From Octopus bimaculoides (lineage: Eukaryota), in NCBI RefSeq assembly GCF_001194135.2, contig NC_068984.1:41044445-41106126 (forward strand): a stretch of DNA of 61,682 nucleotides, written 5' to 3'. Within the stretch, counting starts at the first letter, position 1, and each line of letters begins with the position of its first letter. A program made the translations under genes and the position numbers. The notes below the pieces were generated by a model, which made no database searches, was not told the origin of the DNA, and was given only the letters and a program-made list of their open reading frames with translations. Positions 26,146-38,185 of the stretch are shown piece by piece.

Positions 26146-26699
26146 CTAGCAATCTTTAGAAGTACGGATTTTAAGACATTTAAATGGAAGCAGCCTAACA
26201 GGATTAACAGTTAACCTGTGGCCTTCAATGCAATACCCAAGAAATATTATGTGAGCGTGGAAAATAGATGTTAAATAATGATGATTTTACCAAAAATGTA
26301 AACTCTTTTTTAGATATATTTAAATCTCCGATATATGACAGAAATGCTTTTAGATTTCTGTCATGATCTTCCTTAGAGTTACTGCATAATAAATGAGGTC
26401 ATTTAAGTATAAATAGATTCAAAATTATTCAGTGAGATAATTTGGTTCATTGCTCAAGAAAAAAAAATACAACATTCTGAAGGCTAAACAGGAGTCATAT
26501 ATACCAATATAATTGTCCCAAGGCTAGAAAAGCACTTAAAGATGGTCTTTCATCACTTACAGCAGTTGGTTGTAGACTTGTTTCATGTCAACCTAGCTAA
26601 AATATGTATGCTGTCATATGGCATGAATTAACTTGTCAATTGTAAGTACTAGCAAAGCATCAAAATGATTATGAATATTGATATGTGGTAGAAAAATCA

Positions 26700-28430
26700 A
26701 TGACAAGTTCTCATTTGTGAGTTTTGTTTTCAGTTCCAACAACCTGTGCAGGGTCGATGTATTTGGTGAATACTACTTAATAACTGTTACAGTGAGGTCG
26801 CAACATCACAAGGTGAAGAAACAGAGTTAGTAAGGAAAACAATTCAACACCACTAAACCAAAACATCCTAACACCAAACAGCAGTTTGTCCTGAAGATTT
26901 GAAATTGCTTCAGTGTTCTTGCTGGTACAACTAAGGGTGATATCTTCATTAACACCTAGTAGAAGGTGATCAAGAAAATGCCTGTTGGAGCAACAACCAA
27001 TATCTTAGGCTATAAGAAGAATAAGAACCAGAAATGGTTAAACTTGGAACATGGCAGAAAACAAATGAAAGGAATTAACTGAAAGCCAAGACATTGGGTA
27101 CCAAGTCACTGAGATTCTGGGAGCAATTCCAATAAGCCTATAAATTCAAGAACACAGTGGTCAAAAGGACTGCCTCTGTATGGATATATGATCTTTTACT
27201 TAGGAAATAGTATATGAAGCTGAGTGAGCTGCAGATAAGGAAGAGATGGATATTGTTCACCAAACAGATCTATGACAGCAACACCAGCTAGTCTGAAGCA
27301 AAAATGACAGTATTATAACAAATGAACAAGAGAAAACAGCAAGATGTGCCCAACATTTCCAGCTAGATGAACCTGCAAACCCCCAACATACACAAGATAT
27401 TCTTTACATCACCATTAATCCCCTACAGCAATTGAGATCAAGGAACCTATTAATGCCATAAAGCGCAACAAATCACAAGTACTGAATCTAACCATGAAGT
27501 GAAGCTTAAGAAAGACACTGTCACAGTAATATAAAGGCTGCTTGATCTCTTTAAGACCATCTAAAAAATTACACCATCCAAGAGACTGGACTAAGGGATG
27601 GATTGCTAGTGTTCTCAATAAAGGCAATTTACAAAACTATTATAACTGGCATGGCATCACAAGCTATTCTACTCTCAGCAAGTTTTTTTTGTTTTTGTTT
27701 TTTTTTTAGAGGTCTTCAACAGATTGGATCTTCAGCTGACAAGCTGAGAAAAAAAAAAAAAGAGAAGTGGGATTCAAGAAAGGTAGTGGATACATTGATA
27801 AAATCTTTACAATGAGGAACATCATCAAACATTGCCTTGAGTGTAATATACCATTGTTCATAAATTTCAGTGTTTGGAAAAGCTTTTAATAGTTTGCACT
27901 GGGAGTGATGTCCCTGAGACCACTGACTGAAAAAGTTTGTTCTATAACCATTTTGAATGTAGTGTGATCATTGACAGACATTCTCTGGATGGTTTTCAGT
28001 AAAATCCAGTGTACAACAAGACTATATCTTCTCTGCCATTTTCTTCTTAATTATCATCAAGTAGACCACAGGTAAGAATACATGTAAGCCTAAGGGTATT
28101 CAGTGGATGCTTTTATCTCATTTAGAAGATCTTGACTATGAGGATGACATGGCTGTCTTCTCAAGAAGAGATCACTTACATGAAAAAACTAAGCCACAGA
28201 ACAGATAGGTCTTACCATCAATACCTTAAATACCCAAGTCATATGCATAAGTAACCCAGTACTTATTACTGCAAGTTGTAGGCCACTTGAAAACAAGAGG
28301 GATTTTACATGTCTGACAGCCTTATGAGCAAGCTCAATGAAACAAAATGGTTCATTCAAGCAAAGCTAGCAAAAAGTTGTGAGCATTTGCAAGATTTCAA
28401 TCAGTCTGGAAAACCAATAGAGTTTCGCAC
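26700..28430 (+). mobile_element. Decayed LINE of a second RTE lineage (SR2/RTE-X-like), linker + RT
   Basis: ILGYKKNKNQKW, EQEKTAR, DWTKG, GFKKGSGYIDKIFTMRNII and LEDLDYEDD (YADD at 28137-28148), with many frameshifts. Confidence 0.85.
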
Positions 28431-29042
28431 CATTAGTTTTAGTACAGAAGACATTCTTAAACATTTTCCATTTGACATTTTTAGCACACAACACAAAGCT
28501 GTTAAAACAAGGAAGTACCATCCAAGCAAAAACAGAAAAAGAAAAAACATTTCTACAACCAAACAAAGCCTGAACAAACCTGCTTTACAGCAGAGCACAT
28601 ATAATCAGGAAAATGAAAACAATGAGCTTTCATATATATGTATATATTCATTTGTTTGTTTTACAGCTGCTTTTTCATGCTTGCATGACTTACATGAATA
28701 TATTATTGAGGCACTGTTTTACAACCAGATGCCTTACCTGTCACTAACCCTTACCTATTTTTCAAGTAACAGATCTCTTATTCCATCAAGATCCATAGGC
28801 TCAAAGCAAACAAATGATTTGTTGACACAATAACTGACAACACCACCACCACTTGAATGCCACAACTTTTGTACAAGTGAGTGAAAATGTAAATCACATA
28901 TATTTACATATGAATACCAGTTTCCATCTTCTAAATCTACACACACAAAGCTTTGGCTGGTCTGAGACTGTAGTAGATGATACTTGCCCAAGGTGCTGTG
29001 CAGTGGGACTGAATCCCAAACCACACAACCATGCCTACACCT

Positions 29043-29094
<52 letters not shown>

Positions 29095-29131
29095 CACACA
29101 CATATATATATACACACATATATACACATAC

Positions 29132-29162
<31 letters not shown>

Positions 29163-29210
29163 TATATATACACACATATATATACACATACATACATATA
29201 TATATATATA
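29043..29210. repeat. Compound (CA)/(TA) microsatellite running into gap
   Basis: Directly visible. Confidence 0.95.
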
Positions 29211-29960
29211 NNNNNNNNNNNNNNNNNNNNNNNNNNNNNNNNNNNNNNNNNNNNNNNNNNNNNNNNNNNNNNNNNNNNNNNNNNNNNNNNNNNNNNNNNN
29301 NNNNNNNNNNNNNNNNNNNNNNNNNNNNNNNNNNNNNNNNNNNNNNNNNNNNNNNNNNNNNNNNNNNNNNNNNNNNNNNNNNNNNNNNNNNNNNNNNNNN
29401 NNNNNNNNNNNNNNNNNNNNNNNNNNNNNNNNNNNNNNNNNNNNNNNNNNNNNNNNNNNNNNNNNNNNNNNNNNNNNNNNNNNNNNNNNNNNNNNNNNNN
29501 NNNNNNNNNNNNNNNNNNNNNNNNNNNNNNNNNNNNNNNNNNNNNNNNNNNNNNNNNNNNNNNNNNNNNNNNNNNNNNNNNNNNNNNNNNNNNNNNNNNN
29601 NNNNNNNNNNNNNNNNNNNNNNNNNNNNNNNNNNNNNNNNNNNNNNNNNNNNNNNNNNNNNNNNNNNNNNNNNNNNNNNNNNNNNNNNNNNNNNNNNNNN
29701 NNNNNNNNNNNNNNNNNNNNNNNNNNNNNNNNNNNNNNNNNNNNNNNNNNNNNNNNNNNNNNNNNNNNNNNNNNNNNNNNNNNNNNNNNNNNNNNNNNNN
29801 NNNNNNNNNNNNNNNNNNNNNNNNNNNNNNNNNNNNNNNNNNNNNNNNNNNNNNNNNNNNNNNNNNNNNNNNNNNNNNNNNNNNNNNNNNNNNNNNNNNN
29901 NNNNNNNNNNNNNNNNNNNNNNNNNNNNNNNNNNNNNNNNNNNNNNNNNNNNNNNNNNNC
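29211..29960. other. Assembly gap (750 N)
   Basis: N run. Confidence 1.
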
Positions 29961-30164
29961 CATATATTCAATAAGACATTCAATACTTTATTTCATTGTA
30001 CCATCCATTTTTATTTTATATTATATATTGTATATTATATTATATATTGTCTATTCCATATTCTATATCCCACATTGGTCTTGCAGGAATATAAATAAAA
30101 CATAAAAAACAGACAGTGTTGGAACTCTTTTAAACAAAATAATATATATATATATATATATATC

Positions 30165-30264
30165 ATCATCATCATCATCGTTTAACGTCCGCTTTCCATG
30201 CTAGCATGGGTTGGACGATTTGACTGAGGACGGGTGAAACCAAATGGCTACACCAGGCTCCAAT
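30165..30264 (-). mobile_element. Young, strongly 5'-truncated RTE tail
   Basis: Near-identical to the reverse complement of the last about 100 bp of the 1-386 copy. Confidence 0.85.
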
Positions 30265-32070
30265 ACACACACACACACACACACACAATTCAAACCATGC
30301 CAACATGAAAAGCAAGTAAAAAGATGATTTCATTAATGGAGGTTTTGAGAAAATTCACTTGGCAGTAGTAACAAGAATAACAGCAGTGGCACTCACAAGC
30401 AGTTATATATGTAGCTGAGCAAGAATGGAAGCAGTTTTTACAAAACTGCTTCTACTTGGGGGTTTCCCAATTAGAGATAAGGCTCAGTCCCAGAAGGAGC
30501 TGTGACACATTTGTGTCACAACATATTTTGACTCCTTGCTCAAAATATTTGTTCATGTGTGGGTAAGGAAAACTCTGATCTATAGTAACATGGCTAAACT
30601 GCAATGTGCAGATAATGTGCAAAATATTGACTCAAAAGCCCATGCTTCAGTACAAAACCAGCACACCAAAAATGATAATCAGGTTCATTGTCACCATCAG
30701 AGGAGAATATGGGTAAGTAATAATCACAAACATAGTGAAAAAGAAAATGTGATCAGCATGGACTTACAACCCTCAGGACCACCAGATTATTCTAATATTT
30801 ATACCCTGTTGTGTGCAGAGATGAGATGAGATTGGTGGCTTCAAGCAGAAAATCCAGTTTTTATACTTGCAGCAGAAAACTAGCTCAAGAGATTTCTTTC
30901 CCAAGGTACTAGAAAAAAACTGAGAAAAAGAAAAGGTAGCAGCAACAACAGGTTCCAGAGTGTGCCTTTAGAACAGTACCGCCAGTGAAAGCATTGAAAA
31001 TGCCTCCACAGCAATACTAGTGCATTAACTTGAAAGGATGAAGGCCAAGTAGAAGCTGAGACAGACTGACAAATCACTGTAGGGGTGGGGGTGAAATAGA
31101 CACATGAAAAAAGCCAGCCCTATCAGGAAACTGGAGGAAATGCCTACTCTTAGAAACTCATGCAAATTCACAGCTGTCAGATGAAATAGCATTAAACTAT
31201 CCAAATTTGTATTTGAGTTACAAGACAATCAACCATATCTGGAGAGACCAGAAAACTGGAAGTGCTTGAAAGATAGAGTTTGGGTTAAAACTATTCAAAA
31301 AACATACATAAACATGTAAAACAATTTTCCCAGGCATGAAGCCTTTCAACACTGAACCCACCAAAGAAATATTTAATGGAACTTTAAAAGAATTCTTGAC
31401 CACACTACAATGCATTGCTGGTGGCAAAAAGAGTCATGGGGCACTCTAGGCCATCTTAGATGTTGTGTCTATCATGTCTCTTTAATTTTATGTTTTGTTT
31501 TGATTATTATGTATTTTATACAATCTTGTGAAGGCGGATAGCTGTGTAGTTAGGATAGTTGACACTCGATCATAAGGTCATGGATATAATTTCTGGGCCA
31601 AACAGTCAATTGTGTCCTTGAGAAAGACACTTCAGTTCACATTGTTCCAGTCTACACATTTGTAATGAATACAAGCCAGGTGCTGATGAGGCTTCACTCT
31701 TTAGTTTGTCGCATCTTGGATGTTTTTGCTGGGTCAAGCAGGGACCGAGAAAGTGCCTATGTCTGCTCGTAACTACATAGACAACGAAAGCAATTAGCGA
31801 AAGCATGGTACACACCAGGCCATACTTGCTGGTAAATGACGGTTGGCTGCACTATACCGTATAATTTATTTATACTGTGTTTTTATCTATTTTTAATACA
31901 TTAACTGAAGAACGTTCTTACTCCTCCCCTCATTTTCATATAACTTTGTTTTGGCCATCCTTACATGTTTTGTAACCCCGCCACCCCATATGAGGATGCT
32001 TAGCTGTTTCAGGGCCCTGCATAACGATCACCTTTGGTAACGCCGCAAGTTTTTACGGCTGCTTTAAAAA

Positions 32071-32155
32071 TTGGGCGGAGGTAAAGAATACGCAATCCAC
32101 CAGTTTTCCGCGTAACCCTAAACACCGGGTGTGCGTGTTCTTTAACTTCGCCAAA
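32071..32155. repeat. Imperfect inverted repeat (24-bp arms) enclosing TAACCCTAA
   Basis: 32071-32094 vs 32132-32155 pair at 20/24 positions (22/24 with G-U). TAACCCTAA at 32113-32121. Confidence 0.7.
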
Positions 32156-32314
32156 AAATGTTTAGAGGAATACACCAATAATCACTGTTGCCGTGTGTAA
32201 GCCTTTTGACTCGTTTTATAATCTTCTCATTTACTTGCGTACATTATATTCTTAATTAAACGCACTACAGTATATATGTTGAGCCTTCGTGGCTAATAAA
32301 AACTATCATATAAA

Positions 32315-32500
32315 GCGATGAGTTGGTAGAATCGTTAGCACGTCGGACAAAATGCTTAGCGGTATTTCTTTCGGCTCTTTGTGTTCTGAGTTCGAATTCT
32401 GATGTCGTAGGATCGATAAAATGTGTACCAGTTGAGCACTGGGGTCGATGTAATCGACAAACCCACCCTCCTTAAAGCAGCTGTCCCTGTAGTAAAATTT
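32315..32500 (+). mobile_element. S2 SINE copy (another at 57549-57750 +)
   Basis: gagttggtagaatcgttagcacgtcggacaaaatgcttagc..gttctgagttcgaattc..gagcactggggtcgatgtaatcgac. Confidence 0.85.
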
Positions 32501-34347
32501 GAATAATTATTCTTATATAATGACGAACCTATAATTGATCAATTTATAACATTGCTCTACTACCTTAAAAAGGAGTATCAACTAGTATAGTTCAACCGAT
32601 GGACACCAAACCGTCTGAGATCACCTCAGTATCTATGATAAAAAAAAATCCTCATCACAGTTCTATACCTTCTCTTCTAAGTTCCGGTGTAATAAATCCT
32701 CCCAATTTTTGGAGAATTTTCAAAACTAATTAAAGCACAAAGGCAGTGTAGTTCATTTGAAATATAGATACGAACGAAAGAATGAATTAAAACTCTCGTG
32801 TGGTCTTAATTTTCTCCATTTATTCCAACATCATCTCTTTTAATGATGTGAAGGAAATCACAAAAGACATCTAATTTTTACGTACGAAACTACTAAAAGC
32901 GTTGCCATATGTTGTTTAGCCCAGGGCCAGTCTTGACCGAGCAAACCTATGCTCAAAGGCGTTGTAGTTGTAACTATTTCTTTTTATTAACAGGCATGGT
33001 GTATCTAAAGCTACATTATCTAATGGGGTCCTTCCTTGTATAGAAACAGTCTGCTGAGTTTTGAAAGATTTGATTACAATTTCCAGCAGGTTGAGTTCAA
33101 ACAGGCTCTCACTTGTTGGCTGAAGCATTTAATATATTGTAGGGACAGGCAAGACTGGTGAGACTTGCCTAAACCATGCAAACATGAGAAAATACCTTCC
33201 ATAAAACGGTCAATAATTTTTATTGTATTTCAAACTAAATGTGTGATTTGTAATACAAAACAAGGCTTAATTTTGTACAATAGACGTTGTTTATCAATAG
33301 GTTCGATCTCACATATTCATTACTAGGAATAGTTCTACATAAAAAATCACACCGTTTCCTCTTAATCATAGAATATTCATTCTGAGACTGCTTCATAGCT
33401 GTTTCCATATAATTCTTCATTTATGCAATTCAATAATTTACGCAAGACTCATTAAATTCTTCCCTGATCAACCGAGATTAGCAATCTACTTCCGTAAATT
33501 CACCTAAATAACAACAATTATACCCATCAACAAGTGGCTTTTTAATGTCCCGATTCATAGCTAATATTCTCGGTGTTGTATCACCGTTGTAGTTTAAAAA
33601 GGCAGTAAAGCTAGCTTTTTTTCTATATAGATTAACTAAAACTAGAAGAAAAACAATTAACGTATTTGCTTTTATATTTTATTGAAATACTTTCAAAATT
33701 TACGTTAGTAGAATAAAAGGTTTAACGAACAAAATGGTAGAGTGGAGAAATTAACAAATGGTTGACTTGTACTTCATTTATTCTGGAAGGTTTAGTGGAA
33801 ACGCTAGATTTTACTTCAAAACAAAAAAGAAAATAAAAAAAAACAAGAAATATAATTGTCTGGAAAACCATATTATCATTTAAAATGACCTCGAACGATT
33901 GTAAAATCGAATTCACTTGACAACTGAACAAGGAATCTTATATCAAAATCAACGAAGTAAGATATAAATTGAGAAGAAAAAAAACAACAAATGACTGAAC
34001 ACGAATATTTCCTGAAGAAATACAGGTGTTGACGACACATACTGGTAAATGAATCATTGGTGAACGAGAAAATAGCTGCACACCTTTGCTCAATCATTTC
34101 AAAATATATATAGAGGATTTGTCGTTTCTTGTGTATGATACATGAATGGTTTTCATACAATATATATTTCTATTAACCGATATCAGATCGGAACGTGAGT
34201 AAGATTTAGAAACAAGTAAGTATTCTAATTTAAATCAGGTGGCAAAGTTGAGCCAAAAAATAAATATATACATTACAGAGGGAAGAGTTGTAACGAGAAG
34301 AAAACAAGTATAACAGATGTCATCTTGGAAACAAATCAGATACTTAC

Positions 34348-34381
34348 GTAGCTTAAATACACGCTCCTGGTCTTCGGCCAT
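34348..34381 (-). CDS. KATNB1: Probable first coding exon of katanin p80 WD40 subunit B1-like gene (MAEDQERVFKL + 1 nt)
   Basis: ATG in strong context (aaggATGG), 11 codons + C, then GTAAGT donor. RVFKL aligns to katanin p80 N-terminal (R/T)AWKL. Phase 1 fits exon 2, which begins CG-GAA. The link across about 31 kb is inferred, not shown. Confidence 0.65.
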
Positions 34382-34733
34382 CCTTTACTAAATTGGTGTT
34401 CGATTTCAGTTGTTATAGTTTGTTGAAACAGTTGTAATAACCAGAAACGTACGTATCCATTTCGCATCGAAACCAAAATAACTGTAGTAATTAAATCACA
34501 TTTGAAAAATTACGAAGTATACAACACCTTTGTTAATTATAGTTGAGATTTACTGATCCTCTATCACTAACCAAACAACGTTTCATAATGTTAGTTTTGA
34601 TTGGTTATTTTTAAAATAAATATTGTGGAAGTAGCCAACCGAGCTTCTTGAATTAAGATTACTTTGTCAGCCTTGCGCATGCTCACTCCAGCAATATAGC
34701 GCCATCCCCTCCTTCCAGGTAATAACATTGTTT
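34382..34733. promoter_or_regulatory. Bidirectional promoter between KATNB1-like (-) and C8orf82 (+)
   Basis: Two start codons about 350 bp apart in opposite orientation, within a CpG-retaining zone. Confidence 0.72.
34674..34685. promoter_or_regulatory. NRF1-like site TGCGCATGCTCA
   Basis: 11/12 match to the palindromic NRF1 consensus TGCGCATGCGCA, about 50 bp upstream of the C8orf82 ATG. Confidence 0.5.
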
Positions 34734-34880
34734 ATGCTTTATACAATGTTGGAAACACTTTTACGATCCCGACTGTCGGCGCCTTTATTCCGCTCATTCA
34801 GAAATCTTCATTACATTCAAGGCCAATCTCCGGAACCCAACATACGAGAATACTTCTATTATATCGATCACCAAGGCCAG
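34734..34880 (+). CDS. C8orf82: UPF0598/C8orf82 homolog exon 1 (MLYTMLETLLRSRLSAPLFRSFRNLHYIQGQSPEPNIREYFYYIDHQGQ)
   Basis: 49 codons then CAG|gtttgt. YIQGQSPEPNIREYFYYIDHQGQ matches human YTQGQSPEPRTREYFYYVDHQGQ. The start could be the ATG at 34746. Confidence 0.93.
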
Positions 34881-35179
34881 GTTTGTTGATAATGATTACC
34901 TTTGACAAAATATTCCATATAGTTATTAACCTTCAGATGTCTTATTTTTATGTGTTGGTCATGTTATCTTGATCTATGTTGATACTGTGACAATGTTTTC
35001 ATGATAGAATGGATTATTGTTATATAATGATGAAATAGATTAACTCTGATATATAACTCAAACGTAATTATTGATGATATGGAATGTTATCAGATAATGG
35101 TAAATAATGGGTTGAATGTTGCTGTTTAGAAACCATAAGCGAACACTTGTTACTTTTACTTCTGTTTATTTTGACAGTG

Positions 35180-35217
<38 letters not shown>

Positions 35218-35464
35218 TAAAATTAAACTATGGTGAAATTAAGTTGTAGAATATATCAGAGTTTAAGTAAAGGTGAGTCCCCAATAGCCGTTGGAACCGT
35301 CTTGAAAGTTTGCCTTGTCCAAATGGTAACTTCTTAAATATGTTGTGTGAAACCGTATTGGCGGATCTTCCATTATAAATTCTGTTCATATTTAGGATGC
35401 ATTGTAAGAAAATAATTTGCTCCAGTATTTCTCTGGTACTTTATTCTATCGCTTCCTGAAGGAT

Positions 35465-36236
35465 NNNNNNNNNNNNNNNNNNNNNNNNNNNNNNNNNNNN
35501 NNNNNNNNNNNNNNNNNNNNNNNNNNNNNNNNNNNNNNNNNNNNNNNNNNNNNNNNNNNNNNNNNNNNNNNNNNNNNNNNNNNNNNNNNNNNNNNNNNNN
35601 NNNNNNNNNNNNNNNNNNNNNNNNNNNNNNNNNNNNNNNNNNNNNNNNNNNNNNNNNNNNNNNNNNNNNNNNNNNNNNNNNNNNNNNNNNNNNNNNNNNN
35701 NNNNNNNNNNNNNNNNNNNNNNNNNNNNNNNNNNNNNNNNNNNNNNNNNNNNNNNNNNNNNNNNNNNNNNNNNNNNNNNNNNNNNNNNNNNNNNNNNNNN
35801 NNNNNNNNNNNNNNNNNNNNNNNNNNNNNNNNNNNNNNNNNNNNNNNNNNNNNNNNNNNNNNNNNNNNNNNNNNNNNNNNNNNNNNNNNNNNNNNNNNNN
35901 NNNNNNNNNNNNNNNNNNNNNNNNNNNNNNNNNNNNNNNNNNNNNNNNNNNNNNNNNNNNNNNNNNNNNNNNNNNNNNNNNNNNNNNNNNNNNNNNNNNN
36001 NNNNNNNNNNNNNNNNNNNNNNNNNNNNNNNNNNNNNNNNNNNNNNNNNNNNNNNNNNNNNNNNNNNNNNNNNNNNNNNNNNNNNNNNNNNNNNNNNNNN
36101 NNNNNNNNNNNNNNNNNNNNNNNNNNNNNNNNNNNNNNNNNNNNNNNNNNNNNNNNNNNNNNNNNNNNNNNNNNNNNNNNNNNNNNNNNNNNNNNNNNNN
36201 NNNNNNNNNNNNNNNNNNNNNNNNNNNNNNNNNNNN
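35465..36236. other. Assembly gap (772 N)
   Basis: N run. Confidence 1.
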
Positions 36237-37669
36237 AGGGATTTTCAGCATATTAGAAGGTCAGGGTACTTGATTCCATGCAAAACCCGATTTTTTTTTT
36301 TTTTTCCTTAGTGAAAATCGTACAGGTGTTACTCAAAAAATTTACTGATTAAATTTCTTTTCTGTTGATATAGATTTACACTGATCAATTGTTTAAAATT
36401 GGGAAGCTACTGAGAAAGCAATTAACTCCTAATTTAATGCACTTGACATCTCTTACATTATTCTAGTTCATCCCAAATAGCTACATGGGGAAAATACTAC
36501 AGGTATAAAACAGGTGTTTCTATAATGTGTATATGTCGGGGAAGGGATCAAACACTGCATAGAAATTGTAAAGGTCAGTACAAGAATGGCAACGAGGTAA
36601 AGCTATATTTCAGAAAAAGGTTTCCTTTTTTGTTTGTTAGAACGAAATATATAAATTATATGCTTTAACTGCCATTGAAAGGCTGCATGTAATCATTCGA
36701 CTTACTAGAAATAGTGACTAAAAAACTCTCTCTCTCTCTCTCGTTATACCCCTTTGGTCTTGAAAAATGAATGGTCACATTATATAGTGTTATTATGAAT
36801 ATATCATAGCTGGAACGCTTTTGATAGGCCTCTCCGATAAGGGCCAACATAAGATTAAAAAACAGCTCTAAAATAAATTGTTTTTCTTAACAGCTCACGT
36901 TCTTTGGAAAGCGCTAAATTATTAAATGTCTTTAAAATTTAATTCTTTCGCACTTCATTATCTTCATTTTAAGTCCTTTCAAGTTAAATTTAAATGTGTG
37001 CAACATCACAAAGACCTGCTGTGATCGCATGTAAAATATGTGACATCCAGTTACGGTTTCCTTAATATTATCGCAAACTGGCTGAGACTTAGCAATGTTC
37101 TCATGCTTATAGAAATTATACTGTAGTGGTTGATGAGCTTTGTTTTAAGAAATTTCGTATTATATACCTTTTACATAAATCCATTAAAATTTGACTGCAA
37201 AGATTAGGTTGTCACGTGGTTACAAGATAACAGCAGTTTACATATAGTCTCATTGAGCTGAACAATGACTGAATTACCAGAAGAAAGGTCTAAGAGCACA
37301 TACTACTAATCATAGTTGGGTTTTAAACTTGTCCTGTTTGTGTTGTCACTGAACTTTAGTGTTGCTGAAATTTTGAATAGACCAATGTCGATGAGGGCAA
37401 ACAATATCACATTCATGCTTATTGATCTTCTTCCGTATCTTACAAGCCAAAGAGAGAAGCTTCTAAGTTGTCACTCAAGCTCTAATCAAACACTTACTGC
37501 CTTAAGGTAATACACGTTGGATAATGTAGTTCTAGATATATTGTGTCTGAAGTTAAGACAGGATGGTCATGGTTAGAATGCTATGATTATAGTGCATCCC
37601 AGTCAGAGCAGACTTGGAGCTACACAATAGCATGAGTGTTTTCAAATGTCAAGACAAACAATCCTTTAA

Positions 37670-37883
37670 CCTATTAGCATTTAAACCAGCCATATCCAGC
37701 CAAAAAGCTTCCACCTGTTTTCTGCTCAATCTGGTCAGATCTGGCCTCTCACGCCTATCTTATAATGCTATTATAAAAATAAACAGTCACATCATCAAAA
37801 TCTTAAAGCTACAATTAAATCCATAATAAATCCAAACTATATGAATAAATGTTACATTTGAGAGTAACCTGAATGCTAAAGGG
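37670..37883 (-). mobile_element. piggyBac-type MITE
   Basis: TTAA at 37666-37669 and 37884-37887, TIRs CCTATTAGCATT / AATGCTAAAGGG. Confidence 0.8.
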
Positions 37884-37984
37884 TTAAACTCTTCATAATT
37901 CAGACCATTTTTCCATAATGAAACAAACTTCTTATCACACAGCCATGCCTGTGCCTACATATATTTATGGTAGACTCTCCTGTA

Positions 37985-38185
37985 ATAAATGATCGCCTGA
38001 CTGGCCTTCATGCCGGTGGTACGTAAAAGCACCCACTACACTCTCGGAGTGGTTGGCGTTAGGAAGGGCATCCAGCTGTAGAAACTCTGCCAAATCAGAT
38101 TGGAGCCTGGTGTAGCCATCTGGTTTCACCAGTCCTCAGTCAAATCGTCCATGGAAAGCAGACGTTAAACGATGATGATGATGAT
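37985..38185 (+). mobile_element. Young RTE tail in C8orf82 intron 1
   Basis: acgtaaaagcacccactacactctcggagtggttggcgttaggaagggcatcc...gacgttaaacgatgat, CpGs intact. Confidence 0.85.

Noticed and set aside
28309-28833. 174-aa ORF with basic NLS-like stretch (KNRKRKN)
   Set aside because: The first about 40 codons are the decayed continuation of the RTE RT, and the rest is low-complexity A-rich sequence without splice or homology support.
28755-30105. Long ORFs of 313-402 aa in the ORF track (also 35373-36256, 49062-49974)
   Set aside because: They are runs of X across N gaps plus microsatellite translation.
32040-32310. Telomerase RNA candidate (template-like UAACCCUAA in a CpG-rich patch)
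   Set aside because: The enclosing stem leaves only 37 nt, so there is no room for the pseudoknot. I found no P3, CR4/5 or H/ACA signature, a SINE starts about 200 bp downstream, and a lone 9-mer is expected by chance. A covariance-model search would be the decisive test.
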